64,000 nucleotides of DNA, from the NCBI GenBank assembly GCA_964552565.1, contig CAZKGL010000001.1:499061-563060 (forward strand), given 5' to 3'. Below are positions 29,350-38,783 of this stretch, piece by piece (position 1 is the first letter of the stretch; each line of letters opens with the position of its first letter). Source of the stretch: an uncultured Gammaproteobacteria bacterium (GTDB lineage: Bacteria > Patescibacteriota > Patescibacteriia > UBA9934). Below the pieces are notes generated by a model. That model was not told where the DNA came from, did no database searches, and was given only the letters and a program-made list of their open reading frames with translations. The translations under genes were made by a program, and so were the position numbers.

Positions 29350-29745
29350 TTAATTGAGCGCGTACAATGCGCCATTCAGGTATGTGGCGAAACTCACCCA
29401 TACGAAGTACGGTGCAAGGAGCCATGCGGCAAGTTTGTCGACGCGGACAAACGCCATGATAGTGAAAAGGATGGCGAACCATAGCCCGATGATGACGACG
29501 AACGCGATGTCCGGGCGGTGCAAGCCGAAGAAAATGGGCGACCATGCAAGGTTCAGTGTGAGCTGCACCGCAAACATGCCAAGCGCATGGCTGCGTTTCG
29601 CTGTACGTTTCGCAACCCATACTCGCACCGCTGCGACCGCCATCAACGTGTAGAGCACGGCCCACACCGGGCCGAACACCTCACCCGGCGGCGTCAGCGC
29701 AGGTTTTGTCAGCGTGGCATACCACGCAAGTCCTTCCTCCGTCAT
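29350..29745 (-). CDS. tspO: TspO/MBR tryptophan-rich sensory protein
   Basis: WYATLTKP, PP..FGPVW..LY, LNLAWSPIFF, PYFVWVSFA. Confidence 0.93.
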   Translation of the reverse strand: MTEEGLAWYATLTKPALTPPGEVFGPVWAVLYTLMAVAAVRVWVAKRTAKRSHALGMFAVQLTLNLAWSPIFFGLHRPDIAFVVIIGLWFAILFTIMAFVRVDKLAAWLLAPYFVWVSFATYLNGALYALN

Positions 29746-29751
29746 ATGTGA

Positions 29752-30054
29752 TTATGCAATCGCAAGTTCTAACGGCTTCACCTGTCGCTTAATCGCTTTT
29801 CCAGAGGCCTTTTGTTCTACAAGAAGATCGTACCGCGACTGTAAATTGAGCCAAAACTCTGCAGAGGTACCAAAATATTCAGACAACCGGAGCGCGGTAT
29901 CCGCAGTCACTGCACGGTCGCCATGCACGATTTCGTTAATCCTTCGGCGTGGCACGCCAATATCGTTCGCGAGTTTATATTGGGTAATTCCCATCGGCTT
30001 CAAAAACTCCTCTTCCAGAATTTCTCCCGGGTGGATAAACATTGCCTCACTCAT
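29752..30054 (-). CDS. higA: HigA family antitoxin (XRE HTH)
   Basis: HPGEILEEEFL, TADTALRL, FWLNLQ. Confidence 0.93.
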   Translation of the reverse strand: MSEAMFIHPGEILEEEFLKPMGITQYKLANDIGVPRRRINEIVHGDRAVTADTALRLSEYFGTSAEFWLNLQSRYDLLVEQKASGKAIKRQVKPLELAIA

Positions 30055-30092
30055 ACCAATTTTTTTACTCGTCGCGAATTACTCTAATGATA

Positions 30093-30827
30093 CTACATAT
30101 CAAGCCGGGCGATTTCCTGAGTATACGCACAGAATTCACAATCTTCCGCCGCCTTCGGGATCTTCGATGAACGCAAACACGTGCGCATGGCCATGAGTGC
30201 GCCGTCGACCCACGAGTCGTCGCCTTTGTACTTCAACAACTTCACTTTGAATTCCAGCCTCCCGTCGAATGCCGCGAGATCGGTGCGACCGTTGACGTAG
30301 ACGAAGTATCCAGTGTCCGACACCCTGAATCCGTTCCTGCGGAGCAGCCACTGGTACACCTCCATCTGGCGCTTGTAGCCCATTTGCCATTCGCTATCGA
30401 GGTTTACCTCGCCGTCTTTGCTCGTCGCTTTGTAATCGACGACGATGAGCTCGCCCTTTTTGTTCACCCAGATGTCATCGACCGCGCCGGTCACGAGGAA
30501 CCCGCTCCTCGTGTGCACAAACTGCACGCCCTTAAAATTCTCCCGCCACACGTCCATGAGCTCGTGCGAAAACGGTACGGCGTTCACCTTGTACTCCGCC
30601 ATGAGCGGGTGCGCGGTCTTCGCGACGCGATGCACGTCGAACTCCTTCTTGAGGAGCGCATCAACGGCCTTGTTCAAGTTGAACGGCGGCCCACTCGGCC
30701 TCCCAATCCCCAAGCGCCTATCCAAATAAAAGCACCGCTTACAATCGATGAACAACTCAATCTTCGACCTACTCACCTTGTACGGCGTCTTCGCCTTGGG
30801 GTCGTAGAGATTCCGCGTGCGGGGCAT
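30093..30827 (-). CDS. PD-(D/E)XK nuclease (Cas4/AddB-like)
   Basis: SRSKI..F..CKRCFY, GAVDD, VVDYK, QMEVY, CEFC. Confidence 0.85.
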   Translation of the reverse strand: MPRTRNLYDPKAKTPYKVSRSKIELFIDCKRCFYLDRRLGIGRPSGPPFNLNKAVDALLKKEFDVHRVAKTAHPLMAEYKVNAVPFSHELMDVWRENFKGVQFVHTRSGFLVTGAVDDIWVNKKGELIVVDYKATSKDGEVNLDSEWQMGYKRQMEVYQWLLRRNGFRVSDTGYFVYVNGRTDLAAFDGRLEFKVKLLKYKGDDSWVDGALMAMRTCLRSSKIPKAAEDCEFCAYTQEIARLDM

Positions 30828-30899
30828 ACATTTGGTTAAGCCCAAGATGAAACTCATGCGGGCATGCTGACGAGTCTTAGACCTCCGAGGAACGTCAAA

Positions 30900-31124
30900 T
30901 TATTGATCTAATTGGATCTCCCACCTGTCCTCCTGAGAAAGTTTATATTCGTCCATGATCTCGTTGAGCTTTCGGGCGATCTCGTGACGGCGCATCAGTT
31001 TTTCTGGGTCAATATGGTTGAACACTATAGGCACACCGGGAACCATGTCACGGGCAGACATAGCTGTTTCACGTTTCAGTGTCTTCCATTCTTGGAGAAT
31101 TTGATCAAATTGCTGCTGATCCAT
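30900..31124 (-). CDS. Small hypothetical protein
   Basis: 74-aa ORF 9 nt downstream of res on the same strand. Confidence 0.55.
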   Translation of the reverse strand: MDQQQFDQILQEWKTLKRETAMSARDMVPGVPIVFNHIDPEKLMRRHEIARKLNEIMDEYKLSQEDRWEIQLDQ

Positions 31125-31133
31125 ATTGGCATG

Positions 31134-33812
31134 CTAGTCATGGTTTACAAAGGCCCTAATACACTCAGCGAAAGTCTTTGGACGAAACTTTTCCCACTCC
31201 TCCTGCTTCACGTATAGCATTTTGTATTCTGTTCCCGCCTTTAGATTGTTTACATCGTCACACCACTGCCGAAGCCGTGCGATCTTCCGCGAATCGTCGA
31301 GATCCTCCCTGCCCTTCGTCTCGATAATATAGACTGTGTCATCTGCCAGCTTCACGAAAAAGTCCGGATAATAATAGGCGATGCTCCCGTCCGCATTCTT
31401 ATAATCGATACGGAATTGGACTTCGTAATAGTTTTTTGCGAATGAAACCACATCCTCACAATCATCGAGAAATTTTCCGAATTCGAGTTCAAGATGGCTA
31501 TCGCCAACAATCTTGTTGAAGACGCTCTTCTTTGGAGTGATGTATTCGTTCTTATCACTAACAAACGGCCGGGCTTGGCTGATCTTGATGTAGTTACGTA
31601 CTTCCGCCTCTCCTTTATCAATAACGGTAAGATCATTGATTGCCTTTTTGAAGGTCTCCTCAATGGTCCTACGCGCTTCAATTTCCGATAGGTTACGGAC
31701 TAGGTTAGAGTCCTCAAGATCGACCGTTTGACCAAAGAGACGGTCGCACACAAAATCTCGTACTAATGGGAACAGCTGATCAAAGCCACTGACCATGCGA
31801 AGTTCACGCATGATGCCCTGCGTGTAGAATCCGATGGCATTTCGCCAGTCGGGCATTACACCTTCTGGAAGCTCAACGATGTGATCAGTTTCCCCGGTTA
31901 CAATTTTCTTGAAGACTATTTCGCGTTGCTCTTGCGCGGTGAATTGCTTGTATTCTACCGGCCTAAACTCTAGATGAGTAACATCAATGTCAGAGATGTT
32001 TTTATATTCTCGAAAAATACGTGGAGACAGGACAGGAAGTTGAATATCGAGCTTCTCAATATCCTTCTTAAGATTTTCATGATCGATCTCAACGATGACC
32101 GGCGCAACGGCGCTTGAATCCCTGTCCATTCGCCGCGTCTGCAGTTCCACACCCTCTGCCTTAATCGACTCAACGAAATCCATGAACGCGGGGGTGCCGA
32201 TAACGCTGACGTATTCCTCAACTCCTCTACCGAAGTACATGAGCCGCAAACCGCGACCAAGCGTTTGCTCAGGAAGGATGTTGCTTTTTGACGCGAACGC
32301 GCGAAGGCCAACGATCGTGGTCACGTTTCGTACGTCCCAGCCCTCTTTCAACATGAGAACCGAAACGACAGCAAGATACGGGCTCTCAAAGCTATCTAGT
32401 TCATTCGATTCCCGACGGAGTTTATCGAGCTCCTCTTTATCCTTATGCTGAATGGTCTCCTTAATTTCGCCAGAGCGATTTGTGTGAATCGTTAATATCT
32501 TCCCTGCGAGTTCTGGGAAGTTTTGCTCGAGGTGCTGAGCGACCGCGTCACAGTTCGTGGTGTCATCAGTCATGACGAAGAGTACCGCTTTTTTTCCAGT
32601 CTTCAGGTGCTGCTCGTATGCTTTACGCCATTCGATAACACCGAGGTGGAGATATTCGCGGTAGCGCTCAATAAAGTTACTACTCTCAACCTCGTTGAGC
32701 TTCGCACGACTCGCCTGGTCCGGAAGAACCGGATGTTTTACGACGTTTTGATGGATCGCCTCAACAAGAGGATAATCGCAGACGGTTTGCACGAAGATCT
32801 CGCCACGCTCATTCTTCGGCGTTGCGGTAACGTCGATCTGCAATGACAACGCACGACCTTTCATCTTCAGGCGGTTTGAGATGTCTTCAATTGATTTAAA
32901 CCATGCGAGCTTCTCGTCGTGAATATGATGCGCCTCATCGTTGAGAACCATGAGCTCATCTACCTCACGCACAATGTCACCGAGATCAACGCCCGAGTTG
33001 GTCGTTTTCGTAACAGGACGGTCTCCCAAAAAATAATCAGTCGTGTTTTCATCCTCAAAAGTCGCCGCCTGGACGTCGCGATCGTACACACGATGAATGT
33101 TCGTCAGGAAGATATTTCCACTCGGAGAGACACCGCTCACTTCGTCCTGCAGGTGCACCGTAACCTGAAAATCATCCTGCCAGTTTTGCCCCTCGTAGCC
33201 ATTATCAGGAAGAATGGGATCGCCAAAGAAAATCTTGCATCCCTCAAAGTCTCCTTTGATGCGATCCAAAACGATGATGTTGGGTGCAATCAACAAAAAG
33301 TTCTTCGACATCAACGAATCCGGTTCGTAAATGCGATGGAAGTAACTCCATGCAATAAGCAGGCTCAACACTTTTGTCTTGCCCGCGCCCGTCGCAAGTT
33401 TCAAAACAAAACGCGGCCAGGCTTCCTTAAACATGCTTCCCGACACACGGCCCGAACTGTCGTACCGCAACAGGTCATGTGGAGCCCGTGCGCCGGCGAC
33501 TTCATAAAGGTAAATCGCTGTCTCTACAGCTTCACGCTGAGCAAAGTAATACCTGAATGTCTTTGCAACGCCATCAACCCAATCGACATGATCTTCAAGA
33601 AACCACCAACGCAGGAGCGCACGAGTCGTCGGACTCGCGCCTTTGTAATCGTTATCGCGCCACTCCTTCACCAACTTTCGCACCTCAGGCACGAGCGGCG
33701 GCATGAGTTTCTCCCACTTCGATTCTCGCAACGCCTCATCAGCCGGAAACCATCGGGTTTTCGGATCGAGGATTGCGTAGGGATCTTTTGGGAAACCAGG
33801 ATGGAGGGCCAT
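31134..33812 (-). CDS. res: Type III restriction enzyme Res subunit
   Basis: ATGAGKT, DEAHH, TATP, LKEGWDV, QTLGRGLR; C-terminal PDF...IETKG nuclease. Confidence 0.92.
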   Translation of the reverse strand: MALHPGFPKDPYAILDPKTRWFPADEALRESKWEKLMPPLVPEVRKLVKEWRDNDYKGASPTTRALLRWWFLEDHVDWVDGVAKTFRYYFAQREAVETAIYLYEVAGARAPHDLLRYDSSGRVSGSMFKEAWPRFVLKLATGAGKTKVLSLLIAWSYFHRIYEPDSLMSKNFLLIAPNIIVLDRIKGDFEGCKIFFGDPILPDNGYEGQNWQDDFQVTVHLQDEVSGVSPSGNIFLTNIHRVYDRDVQAATFEDENTTDYFLGDRPVTKTTNSGVDLGDIVREVDELMVLNDEAHHIHDEKLAWFKSIEDISNRLKMKGRALSLQIDVTATPKNERGEIFVQTVCDYPLVEAIHQNVVKHPVLPDQASRAKLNEVESSNFIERYREYLHLGVIEWRKAYEQHLKTGKKAVLFVMTDDTTNCDAVAQHLEQNFPELAGKILTIHTNRSGEIKETIQHKDKEELDKLRRESNELDSFESPYLAVVSVLMLKEGWDVRNVTTIVGLRAFASKSNILPEQTLGRGLRLMYFGRGVEEYVSVIGTPAFMDFVESIKAEGVELQTRRMDRDSSAVAPVIVEIDHENLKKDIEKLDIQLPVLSPRIFREYKNISDIDVTHLEFRPVEYKQFTAQEQREIVFKKIVTGETDHIVELPEGVMPDWRNAIGFYTQGIMRELRMVSGFDQLFPLVRDFVCDRLFGQTVDLEDSNLVRNLSEIEARRTIEETFKKAINDLTVIDKGEAEVRNYIKISQARPFVSDKNEYITPKKSVFNKIVGDSHLELEFGKFLDDCEDVVSFAKNYYEVQFRIDYKNADGSIAYYYPDFFVKLADDTVYIIETKGREDLDDSRKIARLRQWCDDVNNLKAGTEYKMLYVKQEEWEKFRPKTFAECIRAFVNHD

Positions 33813-33814
33813 AG

Positions 33815-34108
33815 CTAGATGTCAAGTAATCTTGTCTGGAGATCATAAATTTCATCTTCCAGCTCTCTTCGTAACTCAGTTATTTCTGATGATTGATTGA
33901 TATGCGCAAACATAACGTCTATAGCAGCCAATCCGACAGTAAAGACGAATGCAACAACAACACCAATGATTATTTGCATGCTCAAATTTTTCTGATCTTT
34001 TAACTCTTCTTTTAGCGTAGCGAATTCTATGTAAAAAACCGATTCTGCTATCGCCTGGTCCAGCGGTACAAACCCCTTCAGTTCATCGTCAATAACGTGT
34101 CGTGGCAT
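33815..34108 (-). CDS. Small single-TM, coiled-coil hypothetical protein
   Basis: 97 aa with one TM; 1-2 nt spacing to neighbours. Confidence 0.65.
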   Translation of the reverse strand: MPRHVIDDELKGFVPLDQAIAESVFYIEFATLKEELKDQKNLSMQIIIGVVVAFVFTVGLAAIDVMFAHINQSSEITELRRELEDEIYDLQTRLLDI

Positions 34109-34109
34109 A

Positions 34110-34331
34110 TTAAATCTTCAGAAAGCCCTTAATCTCAACCACGCCACCGTGTTCTTCAGCTGCGATATCTAAGTTTTTATATCGATGAAAATCCACACCA
34201 GCGAACGCGACACCTGGACCAAACGTAAAGCCTGGACCAAATTCGATGCCGCTTACCTTGATCCTGAGTTTCGGAGTCAGGCTGCCGTCTGGCAAAATAT
34301 CAAATACCTCTCTGAAGCTGTATCTTTTCAT
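34110..34331 (-). CDS. Small Gly/Phe-rich hypothetical protein
   Basis: 73 aa, FGPG twice; 5 nt after the mod stop. Confidence 0.7.
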   Translation of the reverse strand: MKRYSFREVFDILPDGSLTPKLRIKVSGIEFGPGFTFGPGVAFAGVDFHRYKNLDIAAEEHGGVVEIKGFLKI

Positions 34332-34336
34332 AGTTC

Positions 34337-36619
34337 CTAGATCATTATCTCAACAACTCTGGTGGTATCGTTCCCAAAAATGTCGATTACTTTCACTGCG
34401 ACCTTACGCCGACCCGGCACGCACTGTACTGCAACTGATGTTAATTCAAGCTCGCGATCTTTACGAGTGCGGAAAGATTGCCATTCGTTTTCGAAAATAT
34501 ACTGGCCAGTCCATTCTTCGTCATAGTCAACCTTTGTCGCCTGCTCGAGTTCTACGGAGCCGTCAAGCATGATTTGTTTTGCCACCACGTCTTCCGCAGT
34601 GCGTACGATCTCTTTCTTGCTTTCGTAATTGAAGTCGACAGCCCAATAATCGATCCAGTCAGTCCATTTACCCGTCATTATTTCACGTGTGATAATTTCT
34701 GTTTGCTTATCTTTAGTCAACTTAATGAGATTGCCATCCTGCAAAACGATCTTCGATCCCCCACCCTTGATGTTTTCTTCGATTTCCGCGAGATCGTCTT
34801 GGTTGTAAAAAACCTTAAAATTCGCAAGCTCTATAGCGAGCTTATTCTTCTTTACAATCGGATTCACCTCAACGAACGCGAGATCGTAGAATTTCACCTG
34901 TCCGCGCTCAACGGCGCGCTTGTCGAAAACTTCGTTCGGAATCGTTTTAAACTGAAGGTCGATGCCATTGTTTTTTGCGACATCGGCATCCATGCCCATT
35001 TCCCAGCCAAAGCCGAGGACGTCCGCTTTCGTTATACCTTTTTCACGACATTCTGCGATTACCGACTCAACGAGCGAATGCGAGACTGGAAACTCGATCG
35101 GACCAATAGCAACAAGCCGATCGCGCTTCTTTCCAACAAAATTTCTGAAACCGTTTACCGGCTCAGCCTTATATGCTGAGAGAATAAGTGACCTAAAGTC
35201 ATCTTCTTTTTTACGGCGTAGCTGCTCCTTTTCTTCCGCTCGCAAGTCACCATCGACGTTTACAAATTGCTTGCGTTCGTATTTACCAAGGTTGAGAATT
35301 TCAAACGCACGATACGACTGACCCTCTTTCTTCAACTGTCGTTGCACTGCAATCATTCGCTTACGAGATGCGTGAATGCCGAAGCGTCCAAGGTCACTGC
35401 CAATCCATTTACGGTCCAACTTTTCAGAAACAGCTAAAGTCGTCCCTGAGCCGATGAAAAAATCAGCGACAATGTCTCCGTTGTTCGTTGAGGCTTGGAT
35501 AATTCGTTCAAGAAGAGCACTGGGCTTCTGAGTCGGATAGCCAGTATCTTCAACTCCGCGCACCATCGGAATGTCACTCCATAAATTTTGAACGATCATT
35601 CCCGGCCACTCATCCAAGAATTCCTTACGATAAATCAAAGAACCATTTTCTGGAAAATATAGCCTACCCTCCTCATCCCACTTACACATTTTTTCCTTAG
35701 TGACTGCCCATCCGTTTTTTGGTGGCTTCCTTCCTTTGTATTCATACCGTAGCGTCGGTCGTGGTGCCGGATTCGCCATGTTATTAATTCTGTATCGCCG
35801 ACCGCCCTCGTCAATTTTATTAAAAATATCTAACAGCTCATCGGTATTATCACTTTTGTTAAATTGTTCATTGAAAATAAACTGCTCACTTTTGGAATAG
35901 AAAAGTATGGTGTCGGTCTGAGTGCGAAAACTTCCTGCGATGCTAGTTCCACCGGTTCGTCGTTTCCAAATTATCTCCGATTGGAAATTTTCAGAACCGA
36001 ATATTTCATCAAGGATCAACCTCATGTAGGAATTCACTCGCCAATCACAGTGAACATAAATCGAGCCGTTATCGGCAAGTAAATCGTGCATGAGCCTTAA
36101 TCGCTCGTAAATCATCGAAATAAAGCTATCCGCTCCTCTTCCCCACGTATCACGATAGGCTACCTCCTCGATGATGCTCGGTTTTTTTGTAAACTCCTCC
36201 CCACCAATCTCAATGTTCATCGAAAAATCTGCACCGACATCGAATGGTGGATCGATGTAGATCAGCTTAATGCCACCTTGGGCTTCGATTTCCTTCCGCA
36301 AAGGGCCATTCTTGAGTGCAGAGAGAATCAGCTTATTGTCTCCCCAGATAAGTTTATTCGTCCAGCCCTTAGCCTGCCGACCAGAAAGATCAAAAAGATT
36401 CTGCTGCAACTTCACTTCTCGCTCACTGCGGGGCTCGTCGATATGTTCGATTGACTGAAACGGGAGCACGACGTTCATAACCTCGTCGGTCTTGCCGTTC
36501 CAAACCAACTCAACCTGGCGATTATCGCCAAACAGTAAAAACCGATATTTGTCCGGCAAGGGTTTCCCTTGCTCGAGCATCCTCGTGATATCGCGAATTT
36601 CGTTCGGTTGAAGCTGCAT
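34337..36619 (-). CDS. mod: Type III R-M DNA methyltransferase Mod
   Basis: YIDPPF motif IV, YPTQKP, DFFIGSGTT motif I (beta order); AT-rich central TRD. Confidence 0.93.
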   Translation of the reverse strand: MQLQPNEIRDITRMLEQGKPLPDKYRFLLFGDNRQVELVWNGKTDEVMNVVLPFQSIEHIDEPRSEREVKLQQNLFDLSGRQAKGWTNKLIWGDNKLILSALKNGPLRKEIEAQGGIKLIYIDPPFDVGADFSMNIEIGGEEFTKKPSIIEEVAYRDTWGRGADSFISMIYERLRLMHDLLADNGSIYVHCDWRVNSYMRLILDEIFGSENFQSEIIWKRRTGGTSIAGSFRTQTDTILFYSKSEQFIFNEQFNKSDNTDELLDIFNKIDEGGRRYRINNMANPAPRPTLRYEYKGRKPPKNGWAVTKEKMCKWDEEGRLYFPENGSLIYRKEFLDEWPGMIVQNLWSDIPMVRGVEDTGYPTQKPSALLERIIQASTNNGDIVADFFIGSGTTLAVSEKLDRKWIGSDLGRFGIHASRKRMIAVQRQLKKEGQSYRAFEILNLGKYERKQFVNVDGDLRAEEKEQLRRKKEDDFRSLILSAYKAEPVNGFRNFVGKKRDRLVAIGPIEFPVSHSLVESVIAECREKGITKADVLGFGWEMGMDADVAKNNGIDLQFKTIPNEVFDKRAVERGQVKFYDLAFVEVNPIVKKNKLAIELANFKVFYNQDDLAEIEENIKGGGSKIVLQDGNLIKLTKDKQTEIITREIMTGKWTDWIDYWAVDFNYESKKEIVRTAEDVVAKQIMLDGSVELEQATKVDYDEEWTGQYIFENEWQSFRTRKDRELELTSVAVQCVPGRRKVAVKVIDIFGNDTTRVVEIMI

Positions 36620-36623
36620 ATAC

Positions 36624-37358
36624 TTATTTCAGGAGATCCCAGGCAACCAAGTAAGAGGTGACGTCGTGTTCCATATTCCCAAGGTACACCTTCCCATCGC
36701 GAATTTTAATGTTTACGCGATAGCGTGTGCCGTTGCTGACAGGAAGTATAGCGCGTTCACGCACCTTTTGCTCAATGACGTGATATGGAAGAACTACGAA
36801 CTTCGTGGCCTCTTCTCCATGCAAAACAAAGACGTAATACACGTTCCCCGAGCCGTGACGATCAAAAGAAACCTTGCGGATATCGAAGACAAAGATGTTA
36901 AACCGATTGATGTTCGACGTCTTCACCTGGATGCCGAACAGCTTGTTGTCCTTGGTCGCGATGATATCTAAGCCAGTATCGACGCTCATGATGCTGGCGT
37001 TATAGCCAAGAAACAAAAGCTCGGCACAAACCGCATGCTCACCAGCCTTACCCGTACAGCCGCTGTCGATCGCAAGTTTTTCAACAATTGCTTTCTCTGC
37101 TGGCGTTTCTGGCGTCTCTTCCACCTTTTCGACCGTCTGGTTGCCACTCAAGTCATACACGCCGGGACCAACACGCTTAAACGCTGAATGCTTTTTCTTT
37201 GCATCAGTGGAAAGCCGCGCACTCATTGTCATTTCTGGCGTCGCTCCGTTCGTCTCCAAGAGGCCCCACTCGAGCGCAAGCTCGGTAATGCGCGCATAGT
37301 GAAGTGGTTCCCCCGCGCGCTTTAGCACTTCGGCTGCTGCCTGCTTAAAGGAGTTCAT
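36624..37358 (-). CDS. HARE-HTH (winged helix) fused to a PD-(D/E)XK nuclease
   Basis: AAAEVL..AGEPLHY..I, GATPEMTMSARL, F.RVGPGVY; GKAGE, DTGLD, IQVKT. Confidence 0.82.
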   Translation of the reverse strand: MNSFKQAAAEVLKRAGEPLHYARITELALEWGLLETNGATPEMTMSARLSTDAKKKHSAFKRVGPGVYDLSGNQTVEKVEETPETPAEKAIVEKLAIDSGCTGKAGEHAVCAELLFLGYNASIMSVDTGLDIIATKDNKLFGIQVKTSNINRFNIFVFDIRKVSFDRHGSGNVYYVFVLHGEEATKFVVLPYHVIEQKVRERAILPVSNGTRYRVNIKIRDGKVYLGNMEHDVTSYLVAWDLLK

Positions 37359-37360
37359 AT

Positions 37361-37786
37361 CTACGAGTTGAAGGGCAAGCCCGCACCGTCCTCGAGTTTC
37401 CCATCCCACCCCTCCGCCCTCTTTTGCACGTCCGCAAAACACACTTCGTCGTGCTCACCTTCTTTTTTGTCACACTCCTTTGCATGGTCGCGTTCGGCCA
37501 AGCGTTCGGCAAGGAGCGGCCAGAATTCGTCCTCGGCAACCGCGTGGAGCGCCGCGTCTGCGTCGTCGAAGAACGCGTCGGTCCAATGGTCCTCGTCCTG
37601 CGTATCCGGGGGAAACGTCATGCCGAAGTCTTCCGCGCGATCCATGAGTTGTTCCCACAGCTCCGCAAGCTCTTCGTCGAGCTTGTCGCCGCGCAGCCGC
37701 GCGACGTGTTCGTCAAGCACGATCGCCGCCGCAACTGCGCGCGTGAGAGACAAATAGTGTTTTGTGTGTAGTGTCAAATCAGCCAT
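37361..37786 (-). CDS. Acidic hypothetical protein
   Basis: 141 aa from MADLTL, ends 2 nt before the next gene. Confidence 0.65.
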   Translation of the reverse strand: MADLTLHTKHYLSLTRAVAAAIVLDEHVARLRGDKLDEELAELWEQLMDRAEDFGMTFPPDTQDEDHWTDAFFDDADAALHAVAEDEFWPLLAERLAERDHAKECDKKEGEHDEVCFADVQKRAEGWDGKLEDGAGLPFNS

Positions 37787-37829
37787 AGAGCAGGTCGAGC
37801 GTATCCCTTTTTCCCCATCTGTACAATCC

Positions 37830-37857
37830 TTGACAACCCTCCCTTTTGTGCTATGCT
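37830..37857 (+). promoter_or_regulatory. Sigma70-like promoter with no credible downstream + strand gene
   Basis: TTGACA-16 nt-TATGCT with extended -10 TG. Confidence 0.6.
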
Positions 37858-37863
37858 CGGGTT

Positions 37864-37916
37864 GTGTCACCACGAAAAGACCCCCTGCAGGTTCCGTCCT
37901 GCCGGGGTGCTTTTCA
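37864..37916 (+). ncRNA. Candidate small RNA or bidirectional hairpin at the NYN 3' end
   Basis: GAAAAGACCCCCTGCAGG-TTCCGT-CCTGCCGGGGTGCTTTTC stem-loop just downstream of the promoter. Confidence 0.4.
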
Positions 37917-38399
37917 TTTCGAGCGGTACTGAAGCTTCTCCTTGAGCGCATCAATGCCCGCCAGGCGCGACTTCGCAGCTTTCTTGAGCAGCCCGGAGTA
38001 GCGACGGCTGTTTGGCACAAGGACGACGCGGAGCTTTTCGAGAGCATCAAGATGCCGCACAAGGCAAGAAAAATCGCCATCACCGCTTACGATAACTGCC
38101 TGGTCATATTCGCCGAGGTCGATCATTGCCTGGAGCACGAGCTCGGCATCGATATTCCCCTTCAGGCGGCCGTCGCTATCGGGAATTGTCGGCTTAAAGA
38201 CGAGGACGAAACCCGCCTCCTGGAGATGTTGGTAAAGACTGTTATTGCCCGGGACAAACCCGATGAAGTAGTACGCCTTTGTGACGCCGTAATGTTCCTT
38301 GAGGTAGATGCGAAAACGGCGATGGTTGATCTTCCAACCAAGGTCCCGCAACGCCATTGTGACGTTGTTGCCATCGATAAATGCGTAGTTGCTTGCCAT
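37914..38399 (-). CDS. NYN domain (LabA/DUF88, PIN-like) protein
   Basis: FIDGNN, KGNIDAEL, VSGDGDF. Confidence 0.92.
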   Translation of the reverse strand: MASNYAFIDGNNVTMALRDLGWKINHRRFRIYLKEHYGVTKAYYFIGFVPGNNSLYQHLQEAGFVLVFKPTIPDSDGRLKGNIDAELVLQAMIDLGEYDQAVIVSGDGDFSCLVRHLDALEKLRVVLVPNSRRYSGLLKKAAKSRLAGIDALKEKLQYRSK

Positions 38400-38432
38400 A
38401 GCATTGGGGTCCCTCCTGTCGTCGGGATGGGT

Positions 38433-38783
38433 TTAGAGCTCCGTATATTTCTTGTGGTTGCCGTAGGACTTGTCGACGGGATACTTCAGTGCGGCCTTCT
38501 CGAGCTTTGCCGGCAACGCGGTCGCAAGGTCGATGTCGAGGTCATGCGCAAGGAGCAGCACCCAGTACAACACGTCCGCGAGTTCGTCCGCGACGTCTTC
38601 TTTGTGTGTCGCAAGATACTGGGCGAGTTCGTCACCATTCTTCCACTGGAAGTGCTCGAGGAACTCACTCGCCTCGAGGTTCAGCGAGATGGCGCAGTCT
38701 TTGGGGTTGTGGAACTGCTTCCAGTTGCGCGCCTCGCGGAAATCGATGAGGCGTTGCGTCAGCTCGTGGATGATGTCGCTCAT
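38433..38783 (-). CDS. MazG-like nucleotide pyrophosphohydrolase (dCTPase-type)
   Basis: RNWKQFHNPKD, EASEFLE, DELADV, KYP. Confidence 0.92.
   Translation of the reverse strand: MSDIIHELTQRLIDFREARNWKQFHNPKDCAISLNLEASEFLEHFQWKNGDELAQYLATHKEDVADELADVLYWVLLLAHDLDIDLATALPAKLEKAALKYPVDKSYGNHKKYTEL

Noticed and set aside
30093-30827. CRISPR-Cas system suggested by the Cas4-like nuclease
   Set aside because: No repeat-spacer array and no cas1/cas2 in the window.
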